Source: Nitrosopumilus sp. (lineage in GTDB: Archaea; Thermoproteota; Nitrososphaeria; Nitrososphaerales; Nitrosopumilaceae). From it: a DNA stretch of 64,000 bases. Below, piece by piece: positions 51,113 to 60,606 of the stretch. The notes below the pieces were generated by a model. The model was given only the letters and a program-made list of their open reading frames with translations, did not search any database and was not told where the DNA came from. Location of the stretch: assembly GCA_965223425.1 (NCBI GenBank), contig OZ245003.1, positions 1,088,001 to 1,152,000 of the forward strand. Direction: 5' to 3'. A program made the position numbers and the translations under genes. Positions within the stretch are counted from its first letter, which is position 1; each line of letters begins with the position of its first letter.

Positions 51113-52039
51113 TTGACAAAGTCCATAAATTTTGTAGTTTTAGGCAAGCAAGACATCGCAAATGATTTTGGCAAAAAAGGCACCGTGACTGATCTTTCTC
51201 TGTATGACAGAAAGGAATCTGATATTATCAGAACTTGGGTGACTCCAAGTGGGTTTCCTGATAAAATACAACCGTTGTTTCAAGCAATCAATTTAGCAGA
51301 ATATGTGATATTTCATGTAGATAAATTAGATAGATTTACTGGTGAGCAAATCATTGCGCTTGACTCGTTGAAAAAAGAAAAAGGGATTCTTTCTCATACT
51401 TTTGATGTGGATGAATCGAAATTAGATGCAATGATCAAAGGAACTGTTGTTGAGAAATATGCCAAAGTTGATCAGGGCAAAATCAGGGAAGAGGCAGACA
51501 GACTGGAGCCTATCACCCCAAATGGCGGTGATTCCCCTGAGATGGCAATTGATCATTGTTTTGATGTTAAAGGTGTTGGAACTGTAATCTTGGGCAAGAT
51601 AACCAATGGAAAAATAAGACAATACGATAACCTAAAACTGTATCCTGCAGGAATTGACGTATTGGTAAAGTCAATCCAAATGCATGATGATCCTGTCGAA
51701 GAATCCAATTGCCCTGCCAGGGTCGGACTGGCCGTAAAAGGCGCAAAGCCTGATCAGGTTGGACGCGGCGATGTAATATCTGGGGAAGGGGCAGTGGATG
51801 TAAAAACAGAGATTGAGCTTGACTTTCAAAAAAACCCGTTTTACAAGAGTGAAATTGCAGAAGACCAAGGCTGTCTGGTAAATGTTGGATTGCAAGTCAA
51901 AGCCGCCAAGTTCTCATCAATTTCCCCACTGAGACTAACGTTTGAAAAACCAGCTGTGTGCAAAAAAGGCCGGGTTGCCGTAATTTTAAAACCAGAATCT
52001 CCAACTATCAGAATTCTTGGAAGCGGTGCCATCCAATAG
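51113..52039 (+). CDS. Archaeal SelB/EF-Tu-like protein lacking the G1 P-loop
   Basis: IDHCFDVKGVGTVILG, KSIQMHD and RGDV; N-terminus has no GxxxxGK. Confidence 0.8.
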   Translation: MTKSINFVVLGKQDIANDFGKKGTVTDLSLYDRKESDIIRTWVTPSGFPDKIQPLFQAINLAEYVIFHVDKLDRFTGEQIIALDSLKKEKGILSHTFDVDESKLDAMIKGTVVEKYAKVDQGKIREEADRLEPITPNGGDSPEMAIDHCFDVKGVGTVILGKITNGKIRQYDNLKLYPAGIDVLVKSIQMHDDPVEESNCPARVGLAVKGAKPDQVGRGDVISGEGAVDVKTEIELDFQKNPFYKSEIAEDQGCLVNVGLQVKAAKFSSISPLRLTFEKPAVCKKGRVAVILKPESPTIRILGSGAIQ

Positions 52040-52069
52040 ACTAAATAAAATCAAAATCCGCAATCCATT

Positions 52070-52600
52070 ATGCGTGGACTGATGATGGGCAGGATCCAGC
52101 CTTTTTCCTTGGGTCATCTGGATTTAGCAAGACAGATTCTTGAACAATGTGACAAAGTTATTGTTGCCATCACCAGCTTCCGGTTCAACTACCTGGAGAA
52201 AGATCCTTTCACTTCAGGCAAAAGAACTGGGATGATTCACAGCTCACTCAAAGAGCCGTCCATTGATCTGGATGGATGTTTTGTAATCCTTGTTGAAAAT
52301 CAGTCCAATGCTGCAACTTGGGCATCATGCCTAAAATCAGTACTGCCTCATTTTGATAAAGTGTATGGCAAAAGCAACTATGTCTTGATGCTGCTTGCCG
52401 ATTCCGGAATTGCAGTAGTCAGGCTCACGTTTTTGGAAAGGAATCAATTCGGCGCAACAAAAACTCGCTTCATGATAGTCGCAGATGAAGAATGGAAGCA
52501 CTCTGTCCCAAATACCGTTTATGAATTTTCCACAAAAATTAATGCTAAAAACCTACTAAAAGTAATTTCTAAATCTGATGCAAATCCCACTGAACACTGA
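52070..52600 (+). CDS. nadM: Nicotinamide-nucleotide adenylyltransferase, degenerate
   Basis: GRIQPFSLGHL (canonical GRFQPFHxGH) and DPFTSG. Confidence 0.7.
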   Translation: MRGLMMGRIQPFSLGHLDLARQILEQCDKVIVAITSFRFNYLEKDPFTSGKRTGMIHSSLKEPSIDLDGCFVILVENQSNAATWASCLKSVLPHFDKVYGKSNYVLMLLADSGIAVVRLTFLERNQFGATKTRFMIVADEEWKHSVPNTVYEFSTKINAKNLLKVISKSDANPTEH

Positions 52601-52719
52601 TGGAACCAATACGAGCTTGTCCCCTTTGTCCTGAATGTGGCTCAAAGAAGTTCATTAGATTGCCTGGCAAAAAGATCACTGTAAAATGCCGCTCATGTGA
52701 CACAATCATCGAAATCTAA
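52600..52719 (+). CDS. Small zinc-ribbon protein (39 aa)
   Basis: MEPIRACPLCPECGSKKF...VKCRSCDTIIEI; TGATG overlap with the upstream gene. Confidence 0.55.
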   Translation: MEPIRACPLCPECGSKKFIRLPGKKITVKCRSCDTIIEI

Positions 52720-52845
52720 ATTACATGTCTGATATTTGTAACATTCCTGTCATAATCATGGCAGGAAACTGAAACAACAAATGATGGAGAGATTAAATGT
52801 AGAGTTTAGATATGAGAAAGTTCTACAAGTGGACTCAAAATAAGA

Positions 52846-53000
52846 TTCTGCCACACGAAATCATCTCTTATCCTACTGTGGGCCATCCTCAATGTACTTT
52901 GCTGAATGAGGACGTTTCTGATTTGCATTGCATCTTCTTATGCTTTCTTTGCGTTAACTCATGATTCTGTGTACGATATTCTTCAGAGTTTGTTAGCATG
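52846..53000 (+). repeat. Left arm of ~155-bp inverted repeat (partner 54899-55052)
   Basis: cgaaatcatctcttatcctactgtgggcca...cttcagagtttgttagcatg is the near reverse complement of 54899-55052. Confidence 0.9.
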
Positions 53001-53139
53001 TGCCAGATTCCCTCAAGCATCATCTACCTTGCAGTAACAGTAGCAGATACCTTTGCCTTTTGTCTTCCCCTTCTTTTTGCAATTCTTGAATAAAATGATT
53101 CCATCCTTGGATCAAATCGTATCGCAGTATTTGCAGCCT

Positions 53140-53610
53140 TTTTTCAGTAATGGATGATGAGACAAGATTCTGGATTGCACAGGAAGTTGGGAATAGAAAG
53201 GAATGTCACAACGCAAGAGAATTACTACAAAAGGCAAAGCAAGTTACAGGAACTAAACCAAAGGTGTTCATTACTGACAGTCTAGGAAGTTATGCAGAAT
53301 CTTATCGCAAAGAATTTTGGACAGTAAAGAGAGCAAACAGAACTTTGCACATTTGTTATATCCATCGACAAGGGATATGAACAATAACAAAATGAAGCGT
53401 CTTAACGGTTAGTTTCGAGATAGAAAGAAAGTTGTCAGAGGTATCAAAAAGGATGCTACTGTAATCATTGATGGTTATCAAATTTATCACAATTGCGTCA
53501 GATCACATGTGGTGGTGCTAGATGGCAAGACACCTGCCGAAGCCTGTGGTATTTGCGTGCAAGGAGAGAATAAATGGAAAACCATGATTCAGAACGCAAG
53601 CAGAAGATAA
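53140..53610 (+). pseudogene. Archaeal IS6-like DDE transposase/integrase remnant
   Basis: MDDETRFWIAQEV, FITDSLGSY, NNNKMKRLNG*FRDR and GKTPAEACGI, with stops and frameshifts. Confidence 0.7.
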
Positions 53611-53729
53611 AGAAAGTAGCCAAACTAGGTGTGAAATGTGCTTGGTTAATGGTAGATTATTTAATCTAAGAAGATAAGTTATTTTTTTAACAAGATATGT
53701 TATTAATAGATAAAAAATATTATTAAAAT

Positions 53730-54134
53730 ATGAAAGATCCTCAAATTGCATATAAAGAAAGATTAGAGAATATTTTGAAGCTGACTACTGATGAACAGTA
53801 TATGAGTTGTTTCCAAATAACTAGAAATCTTACAAATTTTAGCTGGACGATGGAATTGAAAGATGAAGTATTCATAAGTGAAGTGCTTGAAGCACTTTTT
53901 AAACAGATGGGAAATTTAATTGAGACATATAAAATACCACAAGAAATTAGAGAAGACATAAAAATACAATTATCAGTACTCATGAAAAAATTAATTGAAA
54001 CATATCCTAAAACCAGTCCATCCGATTTATATGAATCATTAAAAGAATTGAGATATGCAGCTACTTACCATCAATTTAATGTATGGCAAAAATATTCAGA
54101 AAAATATCCTGGTGGATTAGGAATGAATGAATAA
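53730..54134 (+). CDS. Hypothetical all-helical protein
   Basis: 134-aa AT-rich ORF; first gene of the cassette. Confidence 0.65.
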   Translation: MKDPQIAYKERLENILKLTTDEQYMSCFQITRNLTNFSWTMELKDEVFISEVLEALFKQMGNLIETYKIPQEIREDIKIQLSVLMKKLIETYPKTSPSDLYESLKELRYAATYHQFNVWQKYSEKYPGGLGMNE

Positions 54135-54136
54135 TT

Positions 54137-54442
54137 ATGACAACCATTTTGGAAACTAAAAAGAAAGAGAATAAACAGGAAATGCAAAATGCTTGGATAG
54201 AATTCGTAGAAACTAATCAAAAAAGTCCAGAGGAAGCACATAGAATTATCATATTCACAATGCACAAACAACAGAAAGTTATTGATCGTTTATTACAAGA
54301 CAACAAAACTTTATGGAAACAGCTTCAAAAATATAAAACAACTCAAGAATTAATTTCGGAAGGACAACCACAAAGTTCAACATATAGAATCGTTAAAAAA
54401 ATTTGGGATAATAAAGAAGATGAGTTCTGGGACACTTTTTGA
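54137..54442 (+). CDS. Putative antitoxin
   Basis: Acidic C-terminus WDNKEDEFWDTF; overlaps the PemK-like gene. Confidence 0.6.
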   Translation: MTTILETKKKENKQEMQNAWIEFVETNQKSPEEAHRIIIFTMHKQQKVIDRLLQDNKTLWKQLQKYKTTQELISEGQPQSSTYRIVKKIWDNKEDEFWDTF

Positions 54443-54773
54443 ACCACAAGAGATTATTTTAACAGAGATAGTTTTTCCTAATCAACAACTTAAAAAAAGA
54501 CCTGTATTGGTGATTTCAGAATTTTCCAAAAACACATCCGAAAATATTTTTGTTTGCTTACCAATAACTTCATCTCTTTATGATGATCCATTTGCAATTA
54601 AAATTAATAATTCAGATACTCAAGAAGGATTTTTTCCTAAACCAAGTCAAGTTTTATGCCAATACTATTTTACAGAATTAAAAAGTGACATAGATAGAAA
54701 AATAGGGAAAATAACCCCACAATTTTATCAAAAAGTAAAGACAAAGATTCGTACTGAAATTTTAGATGTTTGA
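54420..54773 (+). CDS. PemK/MazF-family toxin
   Basis: KKRPVLVIS, LPITS and KIGKI. Confidence 0.8.
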   Translation: MSSGTLFEPQEIILTEIVFPNQQLKKRPVLVISEFSKNTSENIFVCLPITSSLYDDPFAIKINNSDTQEGFFPKPSQVLCQYYFTELKSDIDRKIGKITPQFYQKVKTKIRTEILDV

Positions 54774-54898
54774 TTTAGTATGGTACTGCTCAAACCCACG
54801 CCCGACGATTTTTGACATCTACAAGATCTGACGATAAGTTGACAGACGTTATACGAAATCTTTTCTGTATCTTGTGATATTTCATTACTGTTGGGCCT

Positions 54899-55052
54899 CA
54901 TGCTAACAAACTCTGAAGAGTATCGTACACAGAATCATGAGTTGACGCAAAGAAGCATGAGACGATGCAATACAAATCAGAAACGTCCTGATTCAGCAAA
55001 GCATACTGAGAATGGCCCACAGTAAGATAAGAGATGATTTCGTATGGGAGAA
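54899..55052 (-). repeat. Right arm of ~155-bp inverted repeat
   Basis: See 52846-53000. Confidence 0.9.
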
Positions 55053-55235
55053 CCCAAACAGATATTCTTTATGAAGAATCTGACAGTCATTGGATTTGTC
55101 AAGGATCGGTGATCAAAGACGCTTTGACTGACTCTTGTTGGTGATCTTTGAACTTTTTACAAGATTGTGGCTGAAAACTTGGAAAGGCTCTTTTAACCAT
55201 TACGCATAAAACAGGGAAATAACACTGCCCATAGC

Positions 55236-56234
55236 ATGGCAAAAACGTGGAAAGATAACGATATCAGCCTTGACTCAATTAAGGATCAAACAATTGCCGT
55301 ACTAGGCTATGGAATCCAAGGTGATGCGCAAGCCAACAACATGAAAGACTCTGGCTTAAATGTGATAATTGGTCTTAAAGAAGGAGGCAACAGCTGGAAA
55401 AAGGCATCAGCAGACGGTCACAAAGTGATGTCAGTTGCAGATGCAACCAAACAAGCAGACATTATCCACGTATTGATCCCCGACATGATTCAAGGCCAGG
55501 TATACAAGGATGAAATCAGACCAAATCTTTCTGAAGGACAAGCACTGTCATTTTCTCACGCAGCTGCAATATACTGGAAATGGATTGAAGCGCCAAGCAA
55601 TGTTGATCTTATCATGGTTGCCCCAAAAGGACCCGGTTCTAAAGTTAGAGAAACATATCTTGACAGTTTTGGAACTCCTTCAATTGTTGCAGTTGAGCAA
55701 GACTTTACGGGAAAAGCTTGGGATAGGACGCTGGGAATTGCAAAAGCAATTGGAAGCGCAAGAGCTGGATTGATTCAAACTACTTTCAAAGAGGAAGTGG
55801 AAACTGATTGGTTCGGCGAACAGGCAGACCTCTGTGGCGGTGCAGCTTCCATGGTAACAAACGCATTTGAAACCCTAGTTGAAGCAGGATACCAACCAGA
55901 AATAGCATATTTTGAAGTCTTGCATGAACTCAAACTCATTGTAGATATGATTCAAAGATATGGAATTAATGGAATGTGGAGACGCGTTAGCGAAACTGCC
56001 AGATATGGGGGGCTAACTCGCGGTCCAATGGTTATGGATGCCGCAAGCAAAGGGAACATGAAAAAAGTTCTAACCATGATTCAAGATGGGACATTCAACA
56101 AAGAGTGGATCTCTGAATATCAGAAAAGCGGCAAAGACGCATTTGATAAATACATGAAACAGTATGACGAACACCAAATTGAAAAAGTTGGCAAAGAAAT
56201 GCGTAAGATGATGTGGCCTGATTCCACAGAATAG
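55236..56234 (+). CDS. ilvC: Ketol-acid reductoisomerase
   Basis: GYGIQG, APKGPG, DWFGEQ and VSETARYG. Confidence 0.97.
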   Translation: MAKTWKDNDISLDSIKDQTIAVLGYGIQGDAQANNMKDSGLNVIIGLKEGGNSWKKASADGHKVMSVADATKQADIIHVLIPDMIQGQVYKDEIRPNLSEGQALSFSHAAAIYWKWIEAPSNVDLIMVAPKGPGSKVRETYLDSFGTPSIVAVEQDFTGKAWDRTLGIAKAIGSARAGLIQTTFKEEVETDWFGEQADLCGGAASMVTNAFETLVEAGYQPEIAYFEVLHELKLIVDMIQRYGINGMWRRVSETARYGGLTRGPMVMDAASKGNMKKVLTMIQDGTFNKEWISEYQKSGKDAFDKYMKQYDEHQIEKVGKEMRKMMWPDSTE

Positions 56235-57200
56235 TTCCTTTTCCTAGATTTTATTTCTCAATTACTGTATCTGCAAGACATGCTGTACCGCGATTTGTTT
56301 GGTAGCTTCCGGCATGATCGCCTATTGGTACTGCACGCAAGTCTTTGGGGTCTATGCCTGTCTGAACGGCAGATGCTCTTTTTGTTTTTTTACTGCTCCA
56401 TACAAAAAAGCCTGCGGCAATAGCAGCACCAATCCCTGCCATTACATACATTATTAGAACTTGCATGTCATTTTCATTTCCTCCTGGCGGCGCGTTGCTT
56501 TGTATCGTAAACATCTCCACTTTTCCAAGATGCTCTTCATTGACATATCCTTCAATGACTATGGTTGCGTCGTCTTGCGACTCTATGGACTGGATGAGAT
56601 ATCTTTCTCCATCTATGGCAAACTCCTCTTGCATGTCTCTGTCCTGGCATAATCCCAAGTAAACTGTACATATCCCCATAGAGTAATTTGTTATCACATT
56701 TCCTGAAAACCCATATCGCTTTGTCTCGACCATTTGTGCGGTAGGATCAAACATAGACTCCCATTTTGATAGTGACAATTCAGAGATTCCACTGGCGTCT
56801 ATTAATTTCATATCCAAAATCTTCATTGCGTTGCTATCTGAAAGATACTCCGACGTTTTTGGCAGGGTTGCATCAAAGATGGATTTCGGGGAATTGATGT
56901 CGTAGAATCCGTATTCCGTCTCCATTGGAATTTCTCCTGAGATTGAAAACCCTCGCCATTGTGAATCAAGAGTAGCAGAGTCCTCAACAAAGTGACCCCG
57001 CATGGTGGGACGCAAAACAACCTTGTATTCTATTCCAACTGATTCTTCTTTAGGCATAGCAACTGCAGAATACTCTCCTGATATGTCAGTCACTTTGGCA
57101 AATGATTTTTCTTGCAATTCAGAATTTATCAAATCAACTAGAATGCCAGCATTCTCTGAATTTATGTCAAATGTTACCTTTTGTTGTACGTCTCCAACTA

Positions 57201-58306
57201 TAGTGTCAATCAAAAGTTTTTGAGAGTGAGCGACCTTCTACAGATAAACTTCATCGCATCAAGCTTGGGACGGGCTGTCCTGAAATATTCTGACATTGCA
57301 TGGCGCATGTGCACAACCGTAGCGTAATATTCAGATACCGACACGTCCCGTTTTGCCTGATGCCAGTACTCCTCAACTACACTGAGCTCAGGCGTTGCAG
57401 TCGGAAGCCATATTGTCCTGACATCGGGGTTGCCTGCAAGAAACTCTTTTACAATCCTTGCCTTGTGCTGCGGCGCGTTGTCCATGATGATTGTCACCTT
57501 GCCAAAATGACTTGTCATCTCCTTGATGTATTGCAGAACCGTCTCCTTGTCAAACCTGTCATATGTCCTAAAGAACTGCCTGCCGTCTGTCGCAATGGAG
57601 CCGTATGCCACCACCCTGCCGTGCCGTCCCTTGTATGTCGTTGTGATTGGCTCCCCTTTTGGTGACCAGTACTTTGCGCCACTTGCAGGATCGTCGATGA
57701 ATACCGATTCGTCAAAAACGACAGTTGTAAAACCCCTCAATTCCAGGCGTGAAATCCGCCTTTTTGCATTGTGTTGCCACCTTTTGATTTTGTCAATTTC
57801 TGCCCTGCTGATGTGGATGCGCTGAGCCGTCTTGGCAGACATTCCAAGCTTGTGCATTATCTTTCTGATGCTGGTTATGTGGTATTTTACTTTGAATCTT
57901 TTTTGTATGTCGCTTTTGAGTCTTTTTGGCGTAATAATGCCGCTGCTGTTTGTATCTGATACAACCTTTGCAATCTTGTCCAACCGAACCTTTGGCGGCC
58001 TGCCTGTCTTTGGAAGATCCCGGAGGGCGTCTATGCCGCCCTTCTCCTCCTTGAAGCGTTCCACCCAGAAGGACACCCAGTTGGGGCACTGCATGAGCGA
58101 GTCTGCCACATGTTGAATGCTTTCATTGTTCATGCACACCATGTTTACGGCCGCCATTCTGATCTTGACACGAGGGTTCTTCTCCCTCTTGTACGCTTTC
58201 TTCAGGTCTTCGGATTTTACTGTGGGCATTGCAATGCGTGGTGCGGCGTGATCAAAATGTATTTCTGTCTAACATATTTGATCTCAAGAACTTTTGCTCT
58301 AGACTA
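57201..58306 (-). mobile_element. IS630-family element C, copy 2
   Basis: Near-identical to 10848-11956; the TA TSD is supported by restoration of the host reading frame. Confidence 0.92.
57210..58229 (-). CDS. IS630-family transposase
   Basis: 339 aa with FDES, DNAPQH and PELSVVE. Confidence 0.9.
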   Translation of the reverse strand: MPTVKSEDLKKAYKREKNPRVKIRMAAVNMVCMNNESIQHVADSLMQCPNWVSFWVERFKEEKGGIDALRDLPKTGRPPKVRLDKIAKVVSDTNSSGIITPKRLKSDIQKRFKVKYHITSIRKIMHKLGMSAKTAQRIHISRAEIDKIKRWQHNAKRRISRLELRGFTTVVFDESVFIDDPASGAKYWSPKGEPITTTYKGRHGRVVAYGSIATDGRQFFRTYDRFDKETVLQYIKEMTSHFGKVTIIMDNAPQHKARIVKEFLAGNPDVRTIWLPTATPELSVVEEYWHQAKRDVSVSEYYATVVHMRHAMSEYFRTARPKLDAMKFICRRSLTLKNF

Positions 58307-58581
58307 TAGTTCTGCCAATTTAGAATCTTTATCGTATTGGATTGTCACAACTCGTGTAAACTGAAAAGTTGGTACAAACTCTTCAGTGTCTTTTGCAATC
58401 ACTGCATCAAGCTGAGCAGCATATGCTGGATACATCGATGTTGTAACAACTAGTACCACTAGAATTGCAACATACTTTGACATATCTTGTCTTGTGTTTT
58501 TTAATATAAAATTAAAACAAGAAATTATCTTTTTTGAGAAAACGTCTGTGTTTTTTTATATTATCTCTGAGTCATTATTTT

Positions 58582-58888
58582 ATGCAAAAAAAAATTACGT
58601 GTAATTTGCACAGGAGTATGTCTTGCAACGTTGGTCGTCCTTATCCCTCCCGCGTTTGCACAATACGACATCATCCCTGACAGGGGATTGTACCAAGAAA
58701 TGGAAAAATCCAAAAACAAAGTGGACATTGCAACAAAGGAAGGCGCTACTGGTTCTGGCGTTCCTATATTTACTGTAGATGGAATATTGGGAGCATCACT
58801 GCTTTCTGCTGGCATATTTGGGGGAACTGCTGCAACGTTTTTCATTCGAGGCAGAAAAGGCAGATATGCTGCAATGGGGAGGGGATAA
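58582..58888 (+). CDS. Small secreted/membrane protein; probable +1 frameshift in the A9 run after the ATG
   Basis: The frame LRVICTGVCLATLVVLIPPAFAQ...GSGVPIF..GIFGG..FF..GRKGRYAAMGRG joins the ATG at 58582 only with 8 A's. Confidence 0.55.
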
Positions 58889-58996
58889 CCCTCTTTTTTT
58901 ACGCATAAATTTTGTGTAGATATTTAAAGAAAATTATTTTTATCAAAAATAACAAAAAGTGGAAATCTTAAGTACGATTTTGACGTATATAATATA

Positions 58997-59506
58997 ATGC
59001 CAAACCAGTTCTCCCAGTTATTGTGCATTGACACAATAAGAAACGCAAACAACCATTTAGAACCAGGCCAACGAACTATGCTTGCATGTGAGAACAAATC
59101 ACCCCAGTCTGCAGTAAAAGCCGCATTAACAATTCTAAAGGATCATGATTATGCGTTATGGATTGAGCTTCATGAGCATAACTTGGCTGAAAAAATTATT
59201 AGAATCTATTCTGATCCAACAAAGCGTCGTATCTTATTGCAAATAGACAAGCCAACTACAAAAGAAGAATTGCTTAAAAAATGTGATGCCTCACTGTCTT
59301 CTGGATACCGAAAGTTCAACGAGTTGTTACTGGATGGTTTTATCCTGCCAGTCGGATACACTAGAGCTGCAAAACGAATGCGTCTATATGACAAAATAAT
59401 CTCAAAGGCAGAGTTTAGCGTATCTGCAAAAATAAGCCAGATACGACTTCAGGTAAACCTGTCACGCCTGCCAAAACCACACATAGGAGAGACAATCTAT
59501 CCATGA
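58997..59506 (+). CDS. Winged helix-turn-helix protein
   Basis: SDPTKRRIL...SLSSGYRKFNELLLDGFI. Confidence 0.7.
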   Translation: MPNQFSQLLCIDTIRNANNHLEPGQRTMLACENKSPQSAVKAALTILKDHDYALWIELHEHNLAEKIIRIYSDPTKRRILLQIDKPTTKEELLKKCDASLSSGYRKFNELLLDGFILPVGYTRAAKRMRLYDKIISKAEFSVSAKISQIRLQVNLSRLPKPHIGETIYP

Positions 59507-60078
59507 CTGCGATGGAGACTCTCCTTGCCAATCCTTTTGAAGAGGCGTTTACAGGTTTTGTGTGCAATGATGATATCAAGAAAATTAAAAGCCACCTCTT
59601 TGAGCAATATCATATCACACTGCCTTCCTCATTGAAAGACTTCCAAAAATTTGAATCTATCACAGAACAGGTTCTGGGCAATGACAGTGTTCCTACAATC
59701 AAAAAAACATTTGATCACATCTGCCATCTTGAATCTGGCAACATAATGGAGATTAAAGACGAATCTCTAAAAAACTCAATCCTGTCTTCCTTTGAGAATC
59801 CAACTAAAAAAGAGATTCTAGATATTGCGTTTGACTACCCCTTGACAGTTTGGGAGATTGCATCAAGAGTAAAATTCGGCTCATTTTCCATTCCTGAAAA
59901 CATCTCTTATCTGATTTCACACGGATTACTTGCCACAAATGACTCAGAATCTGAACCAAACAAAAAATATTATTCAACAATAGATGAATTCTCGATCAGG
60001 ATTGAGGATAAGGAGTTTCATATGTACGTCACTATCAACGAGATTGCCAATGAAAATCCGTTAAAAACAATTTCTTGA
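59503..60078 (+). CDS. Winged helix-turn-helix protein
   Basis: SFENPTKKEIL...LISHGLL...KKYYS; 4-nt overlap with the upstream gene. Confidence 0.65.
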   Translation: MTAMETLLANPFEEAFTGFVCNDDIKKIKSHLFEQYHITLPSSLKDFQKFESITEQVLGNDSVPTIKKTFDHICHLESGNIMEIKDESLKNSILSSFENPTKKEILDIAFDYPLTVWEIASRVKFGSFSIPENISYLISHGLLATNDSESEPNKKYYSTIDEFSIRIEDKEFHMYVTINEIANENPLKTIS

Positions 60079-60082
60079 TTTC

Positions 60083-60505
60083 CTATATTTTTCTTAGTTT
60101 GGATACGCCAGTTGTTATGTGATCAATGATTGTTGGCAGTGGTGTCCCAGGACCAAACACATGGTTCACTCCTCCCTTAATCAAATCTTTATGGTCTATT
60201 TCAGGAATCACTCCTCCCCCAACAACTAGTACGTCATCAAGCCCTTTCTTTTTTACTGCCTTGACTACTCTTGGAAACAATGTTCCATGTGCGCCATTTA
60301 GCAAACTCATTGCGATTGCATCAACGTCCTCGTCTTCTGCAATCTGTGCTACTCTTTCTGGTGTTGCAAAAAGTCCTGAATAGATTACCTCCATTCCTGC
60401 ATCTCTAAACGCCCTACAAAGTACCAATGCCCCCCTGTCATGACCATCTAGTCCTAATTTGGCAACAAGAATTTTGATACTTCGTGATGCAGCTTTTTGC
60501 TTCAT
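60083..60505 (-). CDS. Methylmalonyl-CoA mutase, cobalamin-binding subunit
   Basis: GLDGHDRG B12 motif, GGVIP and FGPGT. Confidence 0.92.
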   Translation of the reverse strand: MKQKAASRSIKILVAKLGLDGHDRGALVLCRAFRDAGMEVIYSGLFATPERVAQIAEDEDVDAIAMSLLNGAHGTLFPRVVKAVKKKGLDDVLVVGGGVIPEIDHKDLIKGGVNHVFGPGTPLPTIIDHITTGVSKLRKI

Positions 60506-60606
60506 AATATCAATAACTATTTGGTATATTTTAAAGGCTTTTTCTGATTTTTGAATTTATGCTTTAATAGAAAATCTACTTAAAGCGTCTTTAACGTGCC
60601 TATAAC

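Larger units (their letters stand above)
56251..58483 (-). pseudogene. Secreted membrane-anchored protein interrupted by IS630-C
   Basis: MSKYVAILVV...PAYA...SKLAEL (58483-58307) joins in frame to VGDVQQK... once the element and one TA are removed. Confidence 0.85.

Noticed and set aside
51113-52039. Selenocysteine machinery linking the SelB-like gene and the odd tRNA
   Set aside because: The protein lacks the GTPase P-loop. The tRNA has a 7-bp acceptor stem and its loop-centred anticodon is GAA, not TCA.
54900-55025. 41-aa ORF within the right 155-bp arm
   Set aside because: The frame is not conserved in the left arm (indel and early stop).
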